Shown: positions 37,469 to 46,987 of the stretch, in pieces
Numbering within the stretch: the first letter of the stretch is position 1
How the letters are laid out: the number at the start of each line of letters is the position of its first letter
DNA from: Alphaproteobacteria bacterium
Lineage (GTDB): Bacteria > Pseudomonadota > Alphaproteobacteria > UBA828
NCBI GenBank assembly: GCA_965220745.1
Contig: CBDCQT010000012.1
Coordinates: forward strand, 704,001-768,000
DNA: 64,000 nucleotides
Direction of reading: 5' to 3'
Position numbers and translations under genes: made by a program
Notes under the pieces: model-generated
Databases searched by the model: none
What the model was told of the DNA's origin: nothing
The model's input: only the letters and a program-made list of their open reading frames with translations

Positions 37469-38269
37469 ATGGCAGAACACGCCCTCAAGGAGATGTCCCG
37501 CCACGGCCGGCTCAAGGTCGGTACCTTCGTGGTCGAGTTCAGCACGCCGGGAATCGGCCAGATCCTGAAGGCCGCCGGCTGCGAGTACGTGCTGCTCGAC
37601 ATGGAGCATTCGGGCTTCGGCTTCGACACGCTGAAGCAGATGCTGCGCTACATGCAGGCTGGCGACATGCCGGCGATCGTCCGCGTGCCGTCGCGCGAGT
37701 ACCACCACGCGGCGCGCGCCATGGACATGGGGGCCGAGGGCATCATGCTGCCGATGGTGGGCTCGGCCAAGGTAGCGAGGGAGCTGCTGAGCTACGTCAA
37801 GTATGCGCCCGAAGGAGAGCGCGGCGTCGCGCTGCAGATCGCGCACGACCGCTACGCGCCGGGGGACACGAAGAAGAAGCTGCGCGACGCCAACCGGCGC
37901 TGCACCTTCGTGGCCTTGATCGAGACCGCCGAGGGCATCGAGAACGTCGACGACATCGCGGCGATCGAAGATGTCGACGTGCTCTGGATCGGCCACTTCG
38001 ACCTCTCGGTTTCCATGGGCATCGCCGGCCAGTTCGACCACCCTGACTTCATCGCGGCGGTGGCGCGCGTGGTGCAGGCGGCGAAGAGGAACAACAAGTC
38101 CCTGGGTCGGCTGGTGCCCAACGTCGATGTCGGCGTGGCGCTGTTCAACGAAGGCTTCGACTTCATCTGCTATTCGGGCGATGTCTGGCTGCTGCAGCAG
38201 GCGATGCGCGAGGGCGCGGAGGGCCTGCGCGCCCAATGCAAGCGCGGCCGGCGGCGGCCGAAGAGATAA
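37469..38269 (+). CDS. HpcH/HpaI-family class II pyruvate aldolase
   Basis: LDMEHS, IVRVP, DMGAEGIMLPMV, LIET, WIGHFDLS. Confidence 0.85.
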   Translation: MAEHALKEMSRHGRLKVGTFVVEFSTPGIGQILKAAGCEYVLLDMEHSGFGFDTLKQMLRYMQAGDMPAIVRVPSREYHHAARAMDMGAEGIMLPMVGSAKVARELLSYVKYAPEGERGVALQIAHDRYAPGDTKKKLRDANRRCTFVALIETAEGIENVDDIAAIEDVDVLWIGHFDLSVSMGIAGQFDHPDFIAAVARVVQAAKRNNKSLGRLVPNVDVGVALFNEGFDFICYSGDVWLLQQAMREGAEGLRAQCKRGRRRPKR

Positions 38270-38285
38270 GGGAGATCAACGGGTT

Positions 38286-39338
38286 ATGGCTGAAAAGTTT
38301 AGGGTTGCACTGAGCAGGGACTTTCTCACGGCGGAGGGCGAGCCGCTCTTCCCCATGTTCGACCGCACGCCGCTGGACGACGACCCGGATATCGAGTGGC
38401 GCTATCTGGAGAACGGCGAGGGGCCAGTGGACGCGTCCGAGCTTGCCGGTCACGACGCGCTGATCCTGCTGGCCCAGCGCTTCGATCGCTCCAGCGTGCC
38501 GGCCGACGGCCGGCTCACCATGGTCGCGCGCTTCGGCGTCGGCTACGACAGCGTGGACGTGGCCGCCTGCACCGACAACGACATCGCGCTGGTCATCACG
38601 CCCAACGGCGTGCGCCGGCCGGTGGCGGTCGCCATCATCGCGCTGATCCTCGCGGTCACCTGCAAGCTCCTGCTCAAGCACCAGCTCACCCTGGAGGGCC
38701 CGCCCGGCTTCGCCCGCAAGGGCGCCCACATGGGGGTGGGCCTCGTCGGCAAGACGCTCGGCTCGGTCGGCATCGGCAACATCGGGGCCGAGATGTTCCG
38801 CATGGCCGCCCCCTTCGACATGAACTTCATGGCCTGCGACCCCTACGCCGACCCGGCGGTGGCCGAAGAGCTTGGTGTGCAGATGGTCGGTCTCGACACG
38901 GTCTGTCGCGAGTCGGACATCCTGACCGTGAACTGCCCGCTCAGCGACGAGACCCACCACATCGTCGATGCGCGGCTGATCGGCCTGATGAAGCCCACGG
39001 CCTATTTCGTGAACACCTCGCGCGGCGGCACGGTCGACCAGAGGGCGTTGTGCGCGGCGCTGCAGGAGGGGCGGATCGCGGGCGCCGGCCTCGACGTGCT
39101 CGACCCGGAGCCGCCGGACCCGAGCGATCCCATCCTCAAGCTCGACAACGTGGTGTTCGCACCGCACGCGCTGGCCTGGACCGACCAGTGCTTCGCCGGG
39201 CTTGGCGCCGATGACATCGTCGCCTGCCAGGCCTTGATGCGGGGCGAGGCGCCTGCGGCGGTCGTCAACCGCGAGATTCTCGATAACGCGGCTTGGCGGG
39301 CCAAGCTCGCGCGCTACGCCGAGACCTTCGGCCGCTGA
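38286..39338 (+). CDS. D-isomer-specific 2-hydroxyacid dehydrogenase
   Basis: RFGVGYDSVD, GIGNIG, VNTSRGGTVD, AGLDVLDPEP, APHA. Confidence 0.88.
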   Translation: MAEKFRVALSRDFLTAEGEPLFPMFDRTPLDDDPDIEWRYLENGEGPVDASELAGHDALILLAQRFDRSSVPADGRLTMVARFGVGYDSVDVAACTDNDIALVITPNGVRRPVAVAIIALILAVTCKLLLKHQLTLEGPPGFARKGAHMGVGLVGKTLGSVGIGNIGAEMFRMAAPFDMNFMACDPYADPAVAEELGVQMVGLDTVCRESDILTVNCPLSDETHHIVDARLIGLMKPTAYFVNTSRGGTVDQRALCAALQEGRIAGAGLDVLDPEPPDPSDPILKLDNVVFAPHALAWTDQCFAGLGADDIVACQALMRGEAPAAVVNREILDNAAWRAKLARYAETFGR

Positions 39339-39390
39339 TCGCGCGTCTTTGCCCGGATGCAACTCGTTACTGCGCGCGAGACCCTGTGGG

Positions 39391-39600
39391 CGCGAGCGAC
39401 CCGCACCATGGTGCGGTGCACGGTGGGCGCCGGCTGCGTCACGAATGCGCCATGACGTGCGTGCGCTGTAGGACCACGGCCGGCGGCGGCATGATGAGCG
39501 GGCTCGCTCGGTACGATCCCGCGCGCGTGGCCGGTCGCCGTGGAATCCCATCCCATCACACTTATCCCGCCTAATCCCGGCGCGTCCCGCATGAATTTTA
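39391..39600 (+). repeat. ORF-less relative of the DUF3486 unit (both flanks present)
   Basis: Perfect palindrome CCGCACCATGGTGCGG at 39401-39416; phased ATCCCG tail at 39564-39590 matches 15594-15620 at 23/27. Confidence 0.6.
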
Positions 39601-39670
39601 TGTTCGCACGATCCCACTGGGCCCGCCGCAGGCCAGAAGCCCGGCCCCGCGCCGGAGGCCGCGGCGCGCC

Positions 39671-40828
39671 GTGACGGGCTTCGACTTCCCGCCGCCGGCG
39701 ATGCCGCCCGGCACCGACGCGCTCCGCGCCGAGGTCCGCGCCTTCCTCGCGGACTCGCAGGAGGCCCTGGGCTGGCGGCCGGATTCCGACTTCGGCTCTG
39801 ACTGGTCGGCCACCTTCAGCCGTGCCCTCGGTGCGCGGGGTTGGATCGGCATGTGCTGGCCCCGGCGCTATGGCGGGCACGAGCGCTCGGCGCTGGAGCG
39901 CTACGTCGTGATCGAGGAGCTGCTGGCGGCCGGCGCGCCGGTCTACGCCCATTGGGTGGCGGACAGGCAGAGCGGCCCGCTGCTGCTGCGCTTCGGCACC
40001 GAGGAACAGCGCCAGACGATCCTCCCCCGGATTGCCGCAGGCGAGTGCTACTTCGCCATCGGCATGAGCGAGCCCGATTCCGGCTCCGACCTCGCCTCGG
40101 TGCGCACCCGCGCTGAACGGACGGCGAACGGCTGGCGCATCAATGGCACCAAGGTGTGGACCAGCAACGCGCAACGCTCGCAGTACATGATCGCGCTCTG
40201 CCGCACGGGACCTGCCGGCGAGAGCCGCCACGAGGGCCTCAGCCAGTTCCTGATCGACCTCGAAGCCGACGGCGTGAAGGTCAGCCCGATCGTCAACTTG
40301 GCCGGCAAGCACGACTTCAACGAATGCGTCTTCGAGGATGTGGTGATTCCTGCCGACCGGCTGATCGGCCAGGAGGACGACGGCTGGCGTCAGGTGACCG
40401 GCGAGCTCGCACTGGAGCGGAGCGGGCCCGAGCGCATTCTTAGCACCTTCCATCTCTTCGCCGCGCTGGTCGAAGCGGTAGGCCCCGAGCCCGAGTCGCG
40501 GCTCGCCGAGGCGATCGGGCGCCTCACGGCGGAGTTCTACGCGCTGCGGGCCATGTCACTCGCGGTCGCCGGCCAGCTGGAGAAGGGGGAGCTACCGGAC
40601 GTCGAGGCCGCCATCGTCAAGGACATGGGCACGCGCTTCGAAGCCGAGGTCGTGGAGACGCTGCGCCACGCCGTGCCGGTCGAGCCCGTCGCGGGCGGAA
40701 GCGCCAACGCGCCGTCGCTCGAAGCCGCGTTGGGTGCGACGGTGCTGGGGCTGCCCTCGTTTACCCTGCGCGGCGGCACCAACGAGATCCTGCGCTCGAT
40801 CATCGCCCGTGGCCTGGGAGTCAGGTGA
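39671..40828 (+). CDS. Acyl-CoA dehydrogenase (first gene of a pair)
   Basis: GMSEPDSGSDLAS, NGTKVWTS, FNECVFEDV, ALERSG, LRGGTNEILR. Confidence 0.9.
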   Translation: MTGFDFPPPAMPPGTDALRAEVRAFLADSQEALGWRPDSDFGSDWSATFSRALGARGWIGMCWPRRYGGHERSALERYVVIEELLAAGAPVYAHWVADRQSGPLLLRFGTEEQRQTILPRIAAGECYFAIGMSEPDSGSDLASVRTRAERTANGWRINGTKVWTSNAQRSQYMIALCRTGPAGESRHEGLSQFLIDLEADGVKVSPIVNLAGKHDFNECVFEDVVIPADRLIGQEDDGWRQVTGELALERSGPERILSTFHLFAALVEAVGPEPESRLAEAIGRLTAEFYALRAMSLAVAGQLEKGELPDVEAAIVKDMGTRFEAEVVETLRHAVPVEPVAGGSANAPSLEAALGATVLGLPSFTLRGGTNEILRSIIARGLGVR

Positions 40829-40835
40829 AGGTGCG

Positions 40836-41909
40836 ATGAGCGACGAGACAACACGCTTGGTCGAGCAAATCGCTGACGACCTGTTCGCGGCGGAGAGTGA
40901 GGCTGCGCGCGAGGCGCTCGTCCAGAATAGGTGGCCGCAGCGGATTTGGCAGATTTTCGCCGAGACCGGGCTGGCGCACGCGGCATTGCCGGAGGAAGCG
41001 GGCGGTGCGGGCCTCGCGGCGGGGCTTGCGGTGCTGCGCGCGGCAGGGCGCCATGCCGCGCCGATCCCGGTCGCGGAGACGATGATCGGAACCCTGCTTT
41101 GCCACCGCGCCGGCGTCGAGGCGCCGGACGGCCCGCTCACCCTCTATGCGCCGCCGACCGGGGCGTTGGCTGCTCAGCCGGAAGTGCTGGACGATATCGA
41201 CGCCGCCACTCTGCCGCGGGTGCCGTGGGCGCGAATCGCCGCTGTGCTCGCGGTGGGCGCTCCAGGCCATGGTCTGGCTTTCGTCAAGCCCAGCAACGTG
41301 ATCGAGGGTGCGAACCTGGCCGGCGAGCCGCGCGACGATGTGGTCGTCTCCGGCCCACCGGACCGCCTCCTTCCCCTGCCGCCGGAGGTGGACGGCTTCG
41401 CCCTCATGGCGCTCGCCCGCGCCGCCCAGTTGCGGGGCGCGATGGAGCAGGTGCTCGCCATGAGCCTGCAGTATGCGAGTGATCGCGTGCAGTTCGGCCG
41501 CCCGCTCAAGCGCTTCCAGGCAATTCAGCACTACTTGGCCGAAATTGCCGGGGAGGCCGCAGCCACCGGGGCTGCGGTGGATGCGGCGGCGCAGGCGTCG
41601 AATACCTTCGGCTTCGCTGCGGCCAAGGCGCGGGCGAGCCAGGCGGCGGGCACGGTCGCCCGTCTCGCCCATCAGGTGCACGGCGCCATCGGCTACACCG
41701 CCGAGCACGACCTGCACCACTGGACCAAGCGGCTCTGGGCCTGGCGCGACGAGTGCGGCAACGAGGCCTACTGGTGGCAGGGGCTCGGTGCGCACGCCGC
41801 GCAAGGCGGCGGTGCGGCGCTCTGGCCGGCGATGGTCGCTGCCTCCGGCAGCGCGGTATCAAGAGCCGCCTCCGGCAGCGCAGTAGCAGAGGAGGGAGAT
41901 CGCCCGTGA
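40836..41909 (+). CDS. Acyl-CoA dehydrogenase-like partner subunit
   Basis: RVQFGRPLKRFQAIQH, AHQVHGAIGYT; degenerate N-terminal and middle domains. Confidence 0.85.
   Translation: MSDETTRLVEQIADDLFAAESEAAREALVQNRWPQRIWQIFAETGLAHAALPEEAGGAGLAAGLAVLRAAGRHAAPIPVAETMIGTLLCHRAGVEAPDGPLTLYAPPTGALAAQPEVLDDIDAATLPRVPWARIAAVLAVGAPGHGLAFVKPSNVIEGANLAGEPRDDVVVSGPPDRLLPLPPEVDGFALMALARAAQLRGAMEQVLAMSLQYASDRVQFGRPLKRFQAIQHYLAEIAGEAAATGAAVDAAAQASNTFGFAAAKARASQAAGTVARLAHQVHGAIGYTAEHDLHHWTKRLWAWRDECGNEAYWWQGLGAHAAQGGGAALWPAMVAASGSAVSRAASGSAVAEEGDRP
41834..41882 (+). repeat. Tandem pair of the REP-like hairpin inside the 3' end of the acyl-CoA dehydrogenase partner gene
   Basis: 27-bp period encoding AASGSAVSR then AASGSAVAE. 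Confidence 0.6.
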
Positions 41910-42697
41910 GCGACGAGATCCGCCTGGAGGTCGCGGAGCGCATCGCGACGATCACGCTCAACCGGCCCGAGCGGCGCAACGCCTTCACCCGCTCCATGAT
42001 CGACGCCTGGGCGGCAGCGCTCGCCGAGTGCCGCGACCGCGAAGACGTGAACGTGGTGGTGGTGACCGGGGCGGGCAAAGCCTTCTGTAGCGGCGGCGAC
42101 ATCAAGGAGCTGATGGGGGAGGGCCTGGAGCAGGCGCCGGCCGAGCAGCGGGCGACGATCGGCGAGCACGTGCATCGCATTCCGCTCACCCTTGCCGACA
42201 TGGACAAGCCGGTGATTGCGGCGATCAACGGCGCGGCCATCGGCGCCGGCCTCGACCTTGCACTCGCGATGGACCTGCGCTTCGCCGCAGCCTCGGCCAG
42301 GTTCGCGGAGACCTACGTCAAGGTCGGGCTCGCGCCCGGCGCCGGCGGCGCGCACTGGCTGCCGCGGCTGGTGGGATCGGCGAAGGCGCTGGAATTGCTG
42401 TGGACGGGCGAGGCCATCGACGCGGCGGAGGCCGAGCGCATCGGCCTGGTCAACCGGGTCTGCGCCGACGACGCGCTGATGCCCCAGACCATGGAACTCG
42501 CACGCCAACTGGCGGACGGTCCGACTTTGGCCATCCGCGCCATCAAGCGGCTGGTGCGAGACGGCATCGGCGGCGATCTTCGCGCCGGACTGGATCGGGC
42601 TTCCGCTACCTACGGCGTGCTCGGCTCCACCGACGATCACCGTGAGGCGGTAATGGCGTTCGTCGAGAAGCGCGCGCCGCGCTTCCGGGGCCGGTAG
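41906..42697 (+). CDS. Enoyl-CoA hydratase/isomerase
   Basis: ITLNRPERRNAF, AFCSGGDI, AAINGAAIGAG, FVEKRAPRF. Confidence 0.9.
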   Translation: MSDEIRLEVAERIATITLNRPERRNAFTRSMIDAWAAALAECRDREDVNVVVVTGAGKAFCSGGDIKELMGEGLEQAPAEQRATIGEHVHRIPLTLADMDKPVIAAINGAAIGAGLDLALAMDLRFAAASARFAETYVKVGLAPGAGGAHWLPRLVGSAKALELLWTGEAIDAAEAERIGLVNRVCADDALMPQTMELARQLADGPTLAIRAIKRLVRDGIGGDLRAGLDRASATYGVLGSTDDHREAVMAFVEKRAPRFRGR

Positions 42698-42701
42698 GTC
42701 G

Positions 42702-43691
42702 GTGGCGGCGGAGAGCGAGGCCCCGCCGGACCTCGCGGCGATCGAGGCGGCACGGGCCACCCTCGGCGATCTGATCGTGGAGACCCCGGTGCACCGCTGG
42801 CGCGCGCCGGCGGTCGCGGACGCGCTCGGGCCCGAGAGCGCAGTCTTCCTCAAGCTCGAGCTGTTCCAGCGCACCGGCACCTTCAAGGCGCGGGGCGCGC
42901 TGCTCAACGCGCTGGCTCTCGACGAGGCGGGGCGGAAGCGCGGCGTCACCGCCGTCAGCGCCGGTAACCACGCCATCGCCGTGGCCTTCGCCGCGCACCG
43001 CGTTGGCACGTCGGCCAAGGTGGTGATGATGGAAGGCGCCGATCCCTTCCGCGTCGCCCAAGTGCGGCGCTACGGCGCTGAGCTCGTGCTGGTGCCGGAC
43101 GTGCACGCCGCCTTCGAGGCCGTGCGCGCCATCGAGGCGGACGAGGGGCGCACCTTCATCCATCCCTTCGAGGGCCGGACCATCGCGCTCGGCACGGCGA
43201 CGGTGGGCCTGGAGCTCGCGCGCCAGGTGCCGGTGCTGGATGCGGTGATCGTCCCCATCGGTGGCGGCGGGCTCTGCGCCGGCGTCTCCTGCGCCATCAA
43301 GACTGCCCAACCCCATTGCAAGGTCTACGGCGTGGAGCCCGAGGGCGCGGACACCATGCACCGCAGCTTCGCCGCAGGCTCGCCCCAGGCTATCGACAGG
43401 GTCACCACCATCGCCGACAGCCTCGGCGCGCCTTACGCCCAGCCCTACTCTTACGAGCTCTGCCGGCGCTACGTGGACGAGCTGGTGACGATCGACGACG
43501 AGGCCATGCGCCGCGCCATGGGGCTGCTCTTCGCCGAGATGAAGCTCGCCGTGGAGCCGGCGGGAGCTGCGGCGACGGCCGCGCTGTTCGGTCCGCTCGC
43601 CGGCCGGCTACGGGGCAAGCGCACGGCGGTCATCGTCTGCGGCACCAACATCGATGCGCGAAAGTTCATGGCCCAGGCGCTGTTCGCTTGA
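42702..43691 (+). CDS. Threonine/serine dehydratase (fold type II PLP enzyme)
   Basis: KLELFQRTGTFKARGA, SAGNHA, PIGGGGL, VEPAGA, VCGTN. Confidence 0.88.
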   Translation: MAAESEAPPDLAAIEAARATLGDLIVETPVHRWRAPAVADALGPESAVFLKLELFQRTGTFKARGALLNALALDEAGRKRGVTAVSAGNHAIAVAFAAHRVGTSAKVVMMEGADPFRVAQVRRYGAELVLVPDVHAAFEAVRAIEADEGRTFIHPFEGRTIALGTATVGLELARQVPVLDAVIVPIGGGGLCAGVSCAIKTAQPHCKVYGVEPEGADTMHRSFAAGSPQAIDRVTTIADSLGAPYAQPYSYELCRRYVDELVTIDDEAMRRAMGLLFAEMKLAVEPAGAAATAALFGPLAGRLRGKRTAVIVCGTNIDARKFMAQALFA

Positions 43692-43736
43692 TGCGGCCGA
43701 TGCAGCGCCGGCATTATCTGCCCCGTCCTTGGACGG

Positions 43737-45488
43737 TCATTCGCTCTCTACGCCGTATGACCGGTACTCCACCAGTGCCGACCGACCTAAAACTTCCACA
43801 ATACGTACCAGCATCGTTCGACCTTCAGCGTCGGTCAGGCGCAGCTCGTCTCCCAGAACGAAGGAGACCGGCTGCTGACGCCCCTCGTTAATCGCGATGT
43901 TGGAGGCGTAGAGGTAAGTCCGGTCATGGGTATCTCGAATTGGGTTCAACCTACCGGAGAGCCCCGGCAGGTGACCGGTTGCTTCTGGGAAGACGACCGA
44001 GCCCCCGGAGGGTAATGGGTCCAGCTCCACGGAGAGCGGACGGTTCGCAGGCGTCCACTCTCGTTCCAGATGGGCAGCATATCCATCAGCGGCCACGAAC
44101 ACCGTCATGGGCAGATGCGTCGTGTGTAGATCGACAGCTGCCTCACCGTTCTCGTCGGTGGTCGCGCGCTTCCAAGTCTTGTTAGGGAAAAGAGTCAGCA
44201 GGTCAGCGCCAAGAACAGGCTGGCCGGCCGAGCGCACGGTGATGACGGCCAAGGCGGGACTCAGCTCTTGCGCCGCGGCGGGTATGGTGAGGCGGACCTC
44301 CGACCTGTCAATCAGGCAGTATTCCGGCATCCTACCGGTAAGTTCGCGGGTCTCCCGTTGGATAATAGGAACCCCGTCTCCTCGACGCTCCATAAAATAG
44401 CGTCTGTCCTCCGAGCCCCGGACCCCACCCACCGGCATCCGCCCCAACACGGAGGTCAATGCTTCATTGCGGGTCGCTTGCCGCATCGCCATGCTCTCTA
44501 CCGTCAGGTTGTTCGGGAGCGAGCCAGGCGACTGAATCTCCATACGATCGTCGAACATCGACAGGCGAATTTTGCTACCGCGCATCGAGTAGTCACGATG
44601 TGCGACGGCGTTGACCAGAGCCTCGAACAGCGCCCTCTCGCTGTATTCTGGTAAGTCGACGCGCTCCGGCTGCTTTCGTGCTGCAACCCGCATGTTTCTC
44701 AAGGCGAATGCTACCGCGTCGGCGATTTGCCGGTTCAGTGGGCCAATAATTTCCTGCGCGTCCATCTGCCCGGAGGCGCGATCATTTTCCCGATAACGGA
44801 CCGCCGTGACGCAGGCGTTAGGAAACCAGCGCTCGGGGTTACGCGTGCACAGCAATACGCCGGCCACCGTGGCGCGAGTCACACCAGCCTCGTCGGGAGC
44901 CAGGAGAGCCAGCTTACCCAGTGCTGCTTCGGGATCAGCCGCGCCCTCGGCGCTCAACAGCGGCTTCCAGAGCGAATCGTCAAGCGTCCCGAACCCGGTG
45001 CCCGGAACCGGTTGTTCGTCGAATGACTGAAAGCGCGCCTGTCCGCGCCGCTGCGCAAGGCGCAGCCGTTCGTCGCTGGACATCCTCCGTTTGGAGCCAC
45101 CCACCCGAAGGTAGCTACCGCCGGGGCTGTCATGCAGCGCTTCGCCCTCCGGAATGTGAACCAGTAGCACTTTCTTGTCGTCCTGGGGTTGCATGTGATG
45201 AGTGCCGATGCGTACCGCCGGTTTGATGGAATCCGTGCTGATCCCGACCAAAATCGCGTCCAACGCCACGATCTGGTCGCGTGAGAGGCCCTGCACGTCG
45301 CCTTGGTCGGTGACGCCGCAGAGCAGCACGCCTCCCTCCGAATTGGCGAACGCCGCGATCTCGTCAGCCAGATCGTCCCGGCGTGGGCTGGTCAGGCGAT
45401 CTCCGGCGAACGCAACCTGTTTGAATTCCCAGAGACTATCTTCGCCCAGCTGTAGCTGACGCAGGATATCTTGATCGCTGTATCTCAT
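43737..45488 (-). CDS. AlbA_2 (Schlafen-like) plus RecG-C/HATPase_c_4 protein with a beta-rich C-terminal extension
   Basis: LGEDSLWEFK, AAFANSEGGVLLCGVTD, EALVNAVAHRDYS, IQSPGSLP, MERRGDG; DNA is AT-richer than the flanks. Confidence 0.8.
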   Translation of the reverse strand: MRYSDQDILRQLQLGEDSLWEFKQVAFAGDRLTSPRRDDLADEIAAFANSEGGVLLCGVTDQGDVQGLSRDQIVALDAILVGISTDSIKPAVRIGTHHMQPQDDKKVLLVHIPEGEALHDSPGGSYLRVGGSKRRMSSDERLRLAQRRGQARFQSFDEQPVPGTGFGTLDDSLWKPLLSAEGAADPEAALGKLALLAPDEAGVTRATVAGVLLCTRNPERWFPNACVTAVRYRENDRASGQMDAQEIIGPLNRQIADAVAFALRNMRVAARKQPERVDLPEYSERALFEALVNAVAHRDYSMRGSKIRLSMFDDRMEIQSPGSLPNNLTVESMAMRQATRNEALTSVLGRMPVGGVRGSEDRRYFMERRGDGVPIIQRETRELTGRMPEYCLIDRSEVRLTIPAAAQELSPALAVITVRSAGQPVLGADLLTLFPNKTWKRATTDENGEAAVDLHTTHLPMTVFVAADGYAAHLEREWTPANRPLSVELDPLPSGGSVVFPEATGHLPGLSGRLNPIRDTHDRTYLYASNIAINEGRQQPVSFVLGDELRLTDAEGRTMLVRIVEVLGRSALVEYRSYGVESE

Positions 45489-45607
45489 CGCCGGTCTCTA
45501 GCCTCCGGCGTGGTCAACCTGTCGGTGTCGGACGCATCGGGTGGTGTGTCAGCGTCGTCCGAGCCGTGGAGCCTACCCCCACCGTCGCCCTTTCCGCATA
45601 TCTATTC

Positions 45608-46399
45608 CTACCAGCTATTCCGGAGTTCGCGGAGCTTGAGGAAGACCTCGCGTGGGCCGGGATCGTCCGAGAGGTCGGGGAAGGCCTCGCGCAGGCGCGC
45701 GATCACGCTCGGGCTATGGAGGCGGAAGAAGGTGTTGATCTCCTTCTCCAGCGCGAGCGTCGAGACCAGCGCGTCGTCGGGGTCCTGCGGCCCTATCTCC
45801 TCAAGCAACGCCGCCGCTCGCGCGTTGTCGGGCTCCCGGTCCAGGGTGAACTCCAGGTTGTTCTCGATGTAGTCGTGGCCGGGGTAGATCAGGGTCTCGT
45901 CCGGCAGCTTCGCGAGCTGTCCGGCGAAGGTCTCGTAAAGCTCCGCCGGGTGGCCGCCGGAATGGCAGTTGCCGGCGCCGGCGTTGAAGAGGGTATCGCC
46001 GCAGAAGAGGGCGGGTGTGTCGGTGCGGGACAGCAGGCACACGTGGCTCATGGTGTGGCCGGGGGTGTCCAGCGCTTCCAGCTCCACCGTGGCGCCCACC
46101 TTGATCACGTCGCCCGCGCCGAGCCCGCGGTCGATGCCGGGAATCTTGCCTTTGGCGTTGGCGTGGGCGAGCAGGCTGGCGCCGGTGGCCTTGACCACTG
46201 CCTCGTTGCCGCCGGTGTGATCGCCGTGCTCGTGGGTGTTGAGGATCTGGGTGATCTGCCAGCCCTTGTCCCTGGCCGCCTTGAGGCAGCGCTTGTGGTC
46301 CAGCGGGTCGACCGCGAGCGCTTCGCCGGTCTCGGGACAGGCGATGAGGTAGTTGAAGTTGCGGTAGGCGTTGGCGGTCCAGACTTGCTCGACGAGCAT
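45608..46399 (-). CDS. gloB: Hydroxyacylglutathione hydrolase (glyoxalase II)
   Basis: NTHEHGDHTGGN, TPGHT, FCGDTLF, YPGHDY, EKEINTFFR. Confidence 0.85.
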   Translation of the reverse strand: MLVEQVWTANAYRNFNYLIACPETGEALAVDPLDHKRCLKAARDKGWQITQILNTHEHGDHTGGNEAVVKATGASLLAHANAKGKIPGIDRGLGAGDVIKVGATVELEALDTPGHTMSHVCLLSRTDTPALFCGDTLFNAGAGNCHSGGHPAELYETFAGQLAKLPDETLIYPGHDYIENNLEFTLDREPDNARAAALLEEIGPQDPDDALVSTLALEKEINTFFRLHSPSVIARLREAFPDLSDDPGPREVFLKLRELRNSW

Positions 46400-46423
46400 G
46401 TGCAATCTCCCGCGTGTGCGGCG

Positions 46424-46987
46424 TTAGTCGGGGTCCAGCTCGGAATCCCAATAGAGGTAGTCACCCCAGCTCTCGTGCAGGTAACGGGGCGGGAAGCGCC
46501 GGCCCGCCTGGTGCAGGTCGTAGGCGCTGGGCGGACGCGGCTTGCGCGCCGGCCGCATGCCGCACTCCCGCGGCAGCCGGTTGCCCTTGGCGAGGTTGCA
46601 GGCGCTGCAGGCGGTGATGACGTTGTCCCAGGTGGTGCGCCCCCCGCGCGAGCGCGGCACCAGGTGGTCGAAGGTGAGGTCCTCCACCGGAAAGGGCGCT
46701 ACGCAGTATTGGCAGGTGAACGAATCCCGCAGGAAGACGTTGAACCGCGTGAACGCGGGCCGGCGCGCGAGCGGGCGGTAGCGCTTGAGTGCGACCACGC
46801 TTGGCAGCCGGATGGCAGTGCTGGGGGAGCGGATCGCCCGGTCGTATTCCGAGAGGATGGTCACCCGGTCGAGGAACGCCGCCTTGACCGCGTCCTGCCA
46901 GCCCCAGACAGAAAGCGGGAAGTAGCTGAGCGGGCGGTAGTCGGCGTTGAGCACGAGGGCTGGGCAGCTCTCCAAGGATGCTTGCAC
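46424..46987 (-). CDS. HNH endonuclease (McrA-like, common alphaproteobacterial type)
   Basis: ALVLNADYRPLS, FTRFNVFLRD, CQYC, TFDHLVPRSRGG, CSACNLAKG. Confidence 0.9.
   Translation of the reverse strand: MQASLESCPALVLNADYRPLSYFPLSVWGWQDAVKAAFLDRVTILSEYDRAIRSPSTAIRLPSVVALKRYRPLARRPAFTRFNVFLRDSFTCQYCVAPFPVEDLTFDHLVPRSRGGRTTWDNVITACSACNLAKGNRLPRECGMRPARKPRPPSAYDLHQAGRRFPPRYLHESWGDYLYWDSELDPD

Noticed and set aside
39401-39416. NtrC binding site
   Set aside because: The GCACC/GGTGC half-sites are 2 bp apart instead of about 5, and no convincing sigma54 -24/-12 element was seen.
46424-46987. HNH nuclease forming a defence system with the AlbA_2 gene
   Set aside because: It is a common, host-GC alphaproteobacterial HNH type and is separated from the AlbA_2 gene by gloB.
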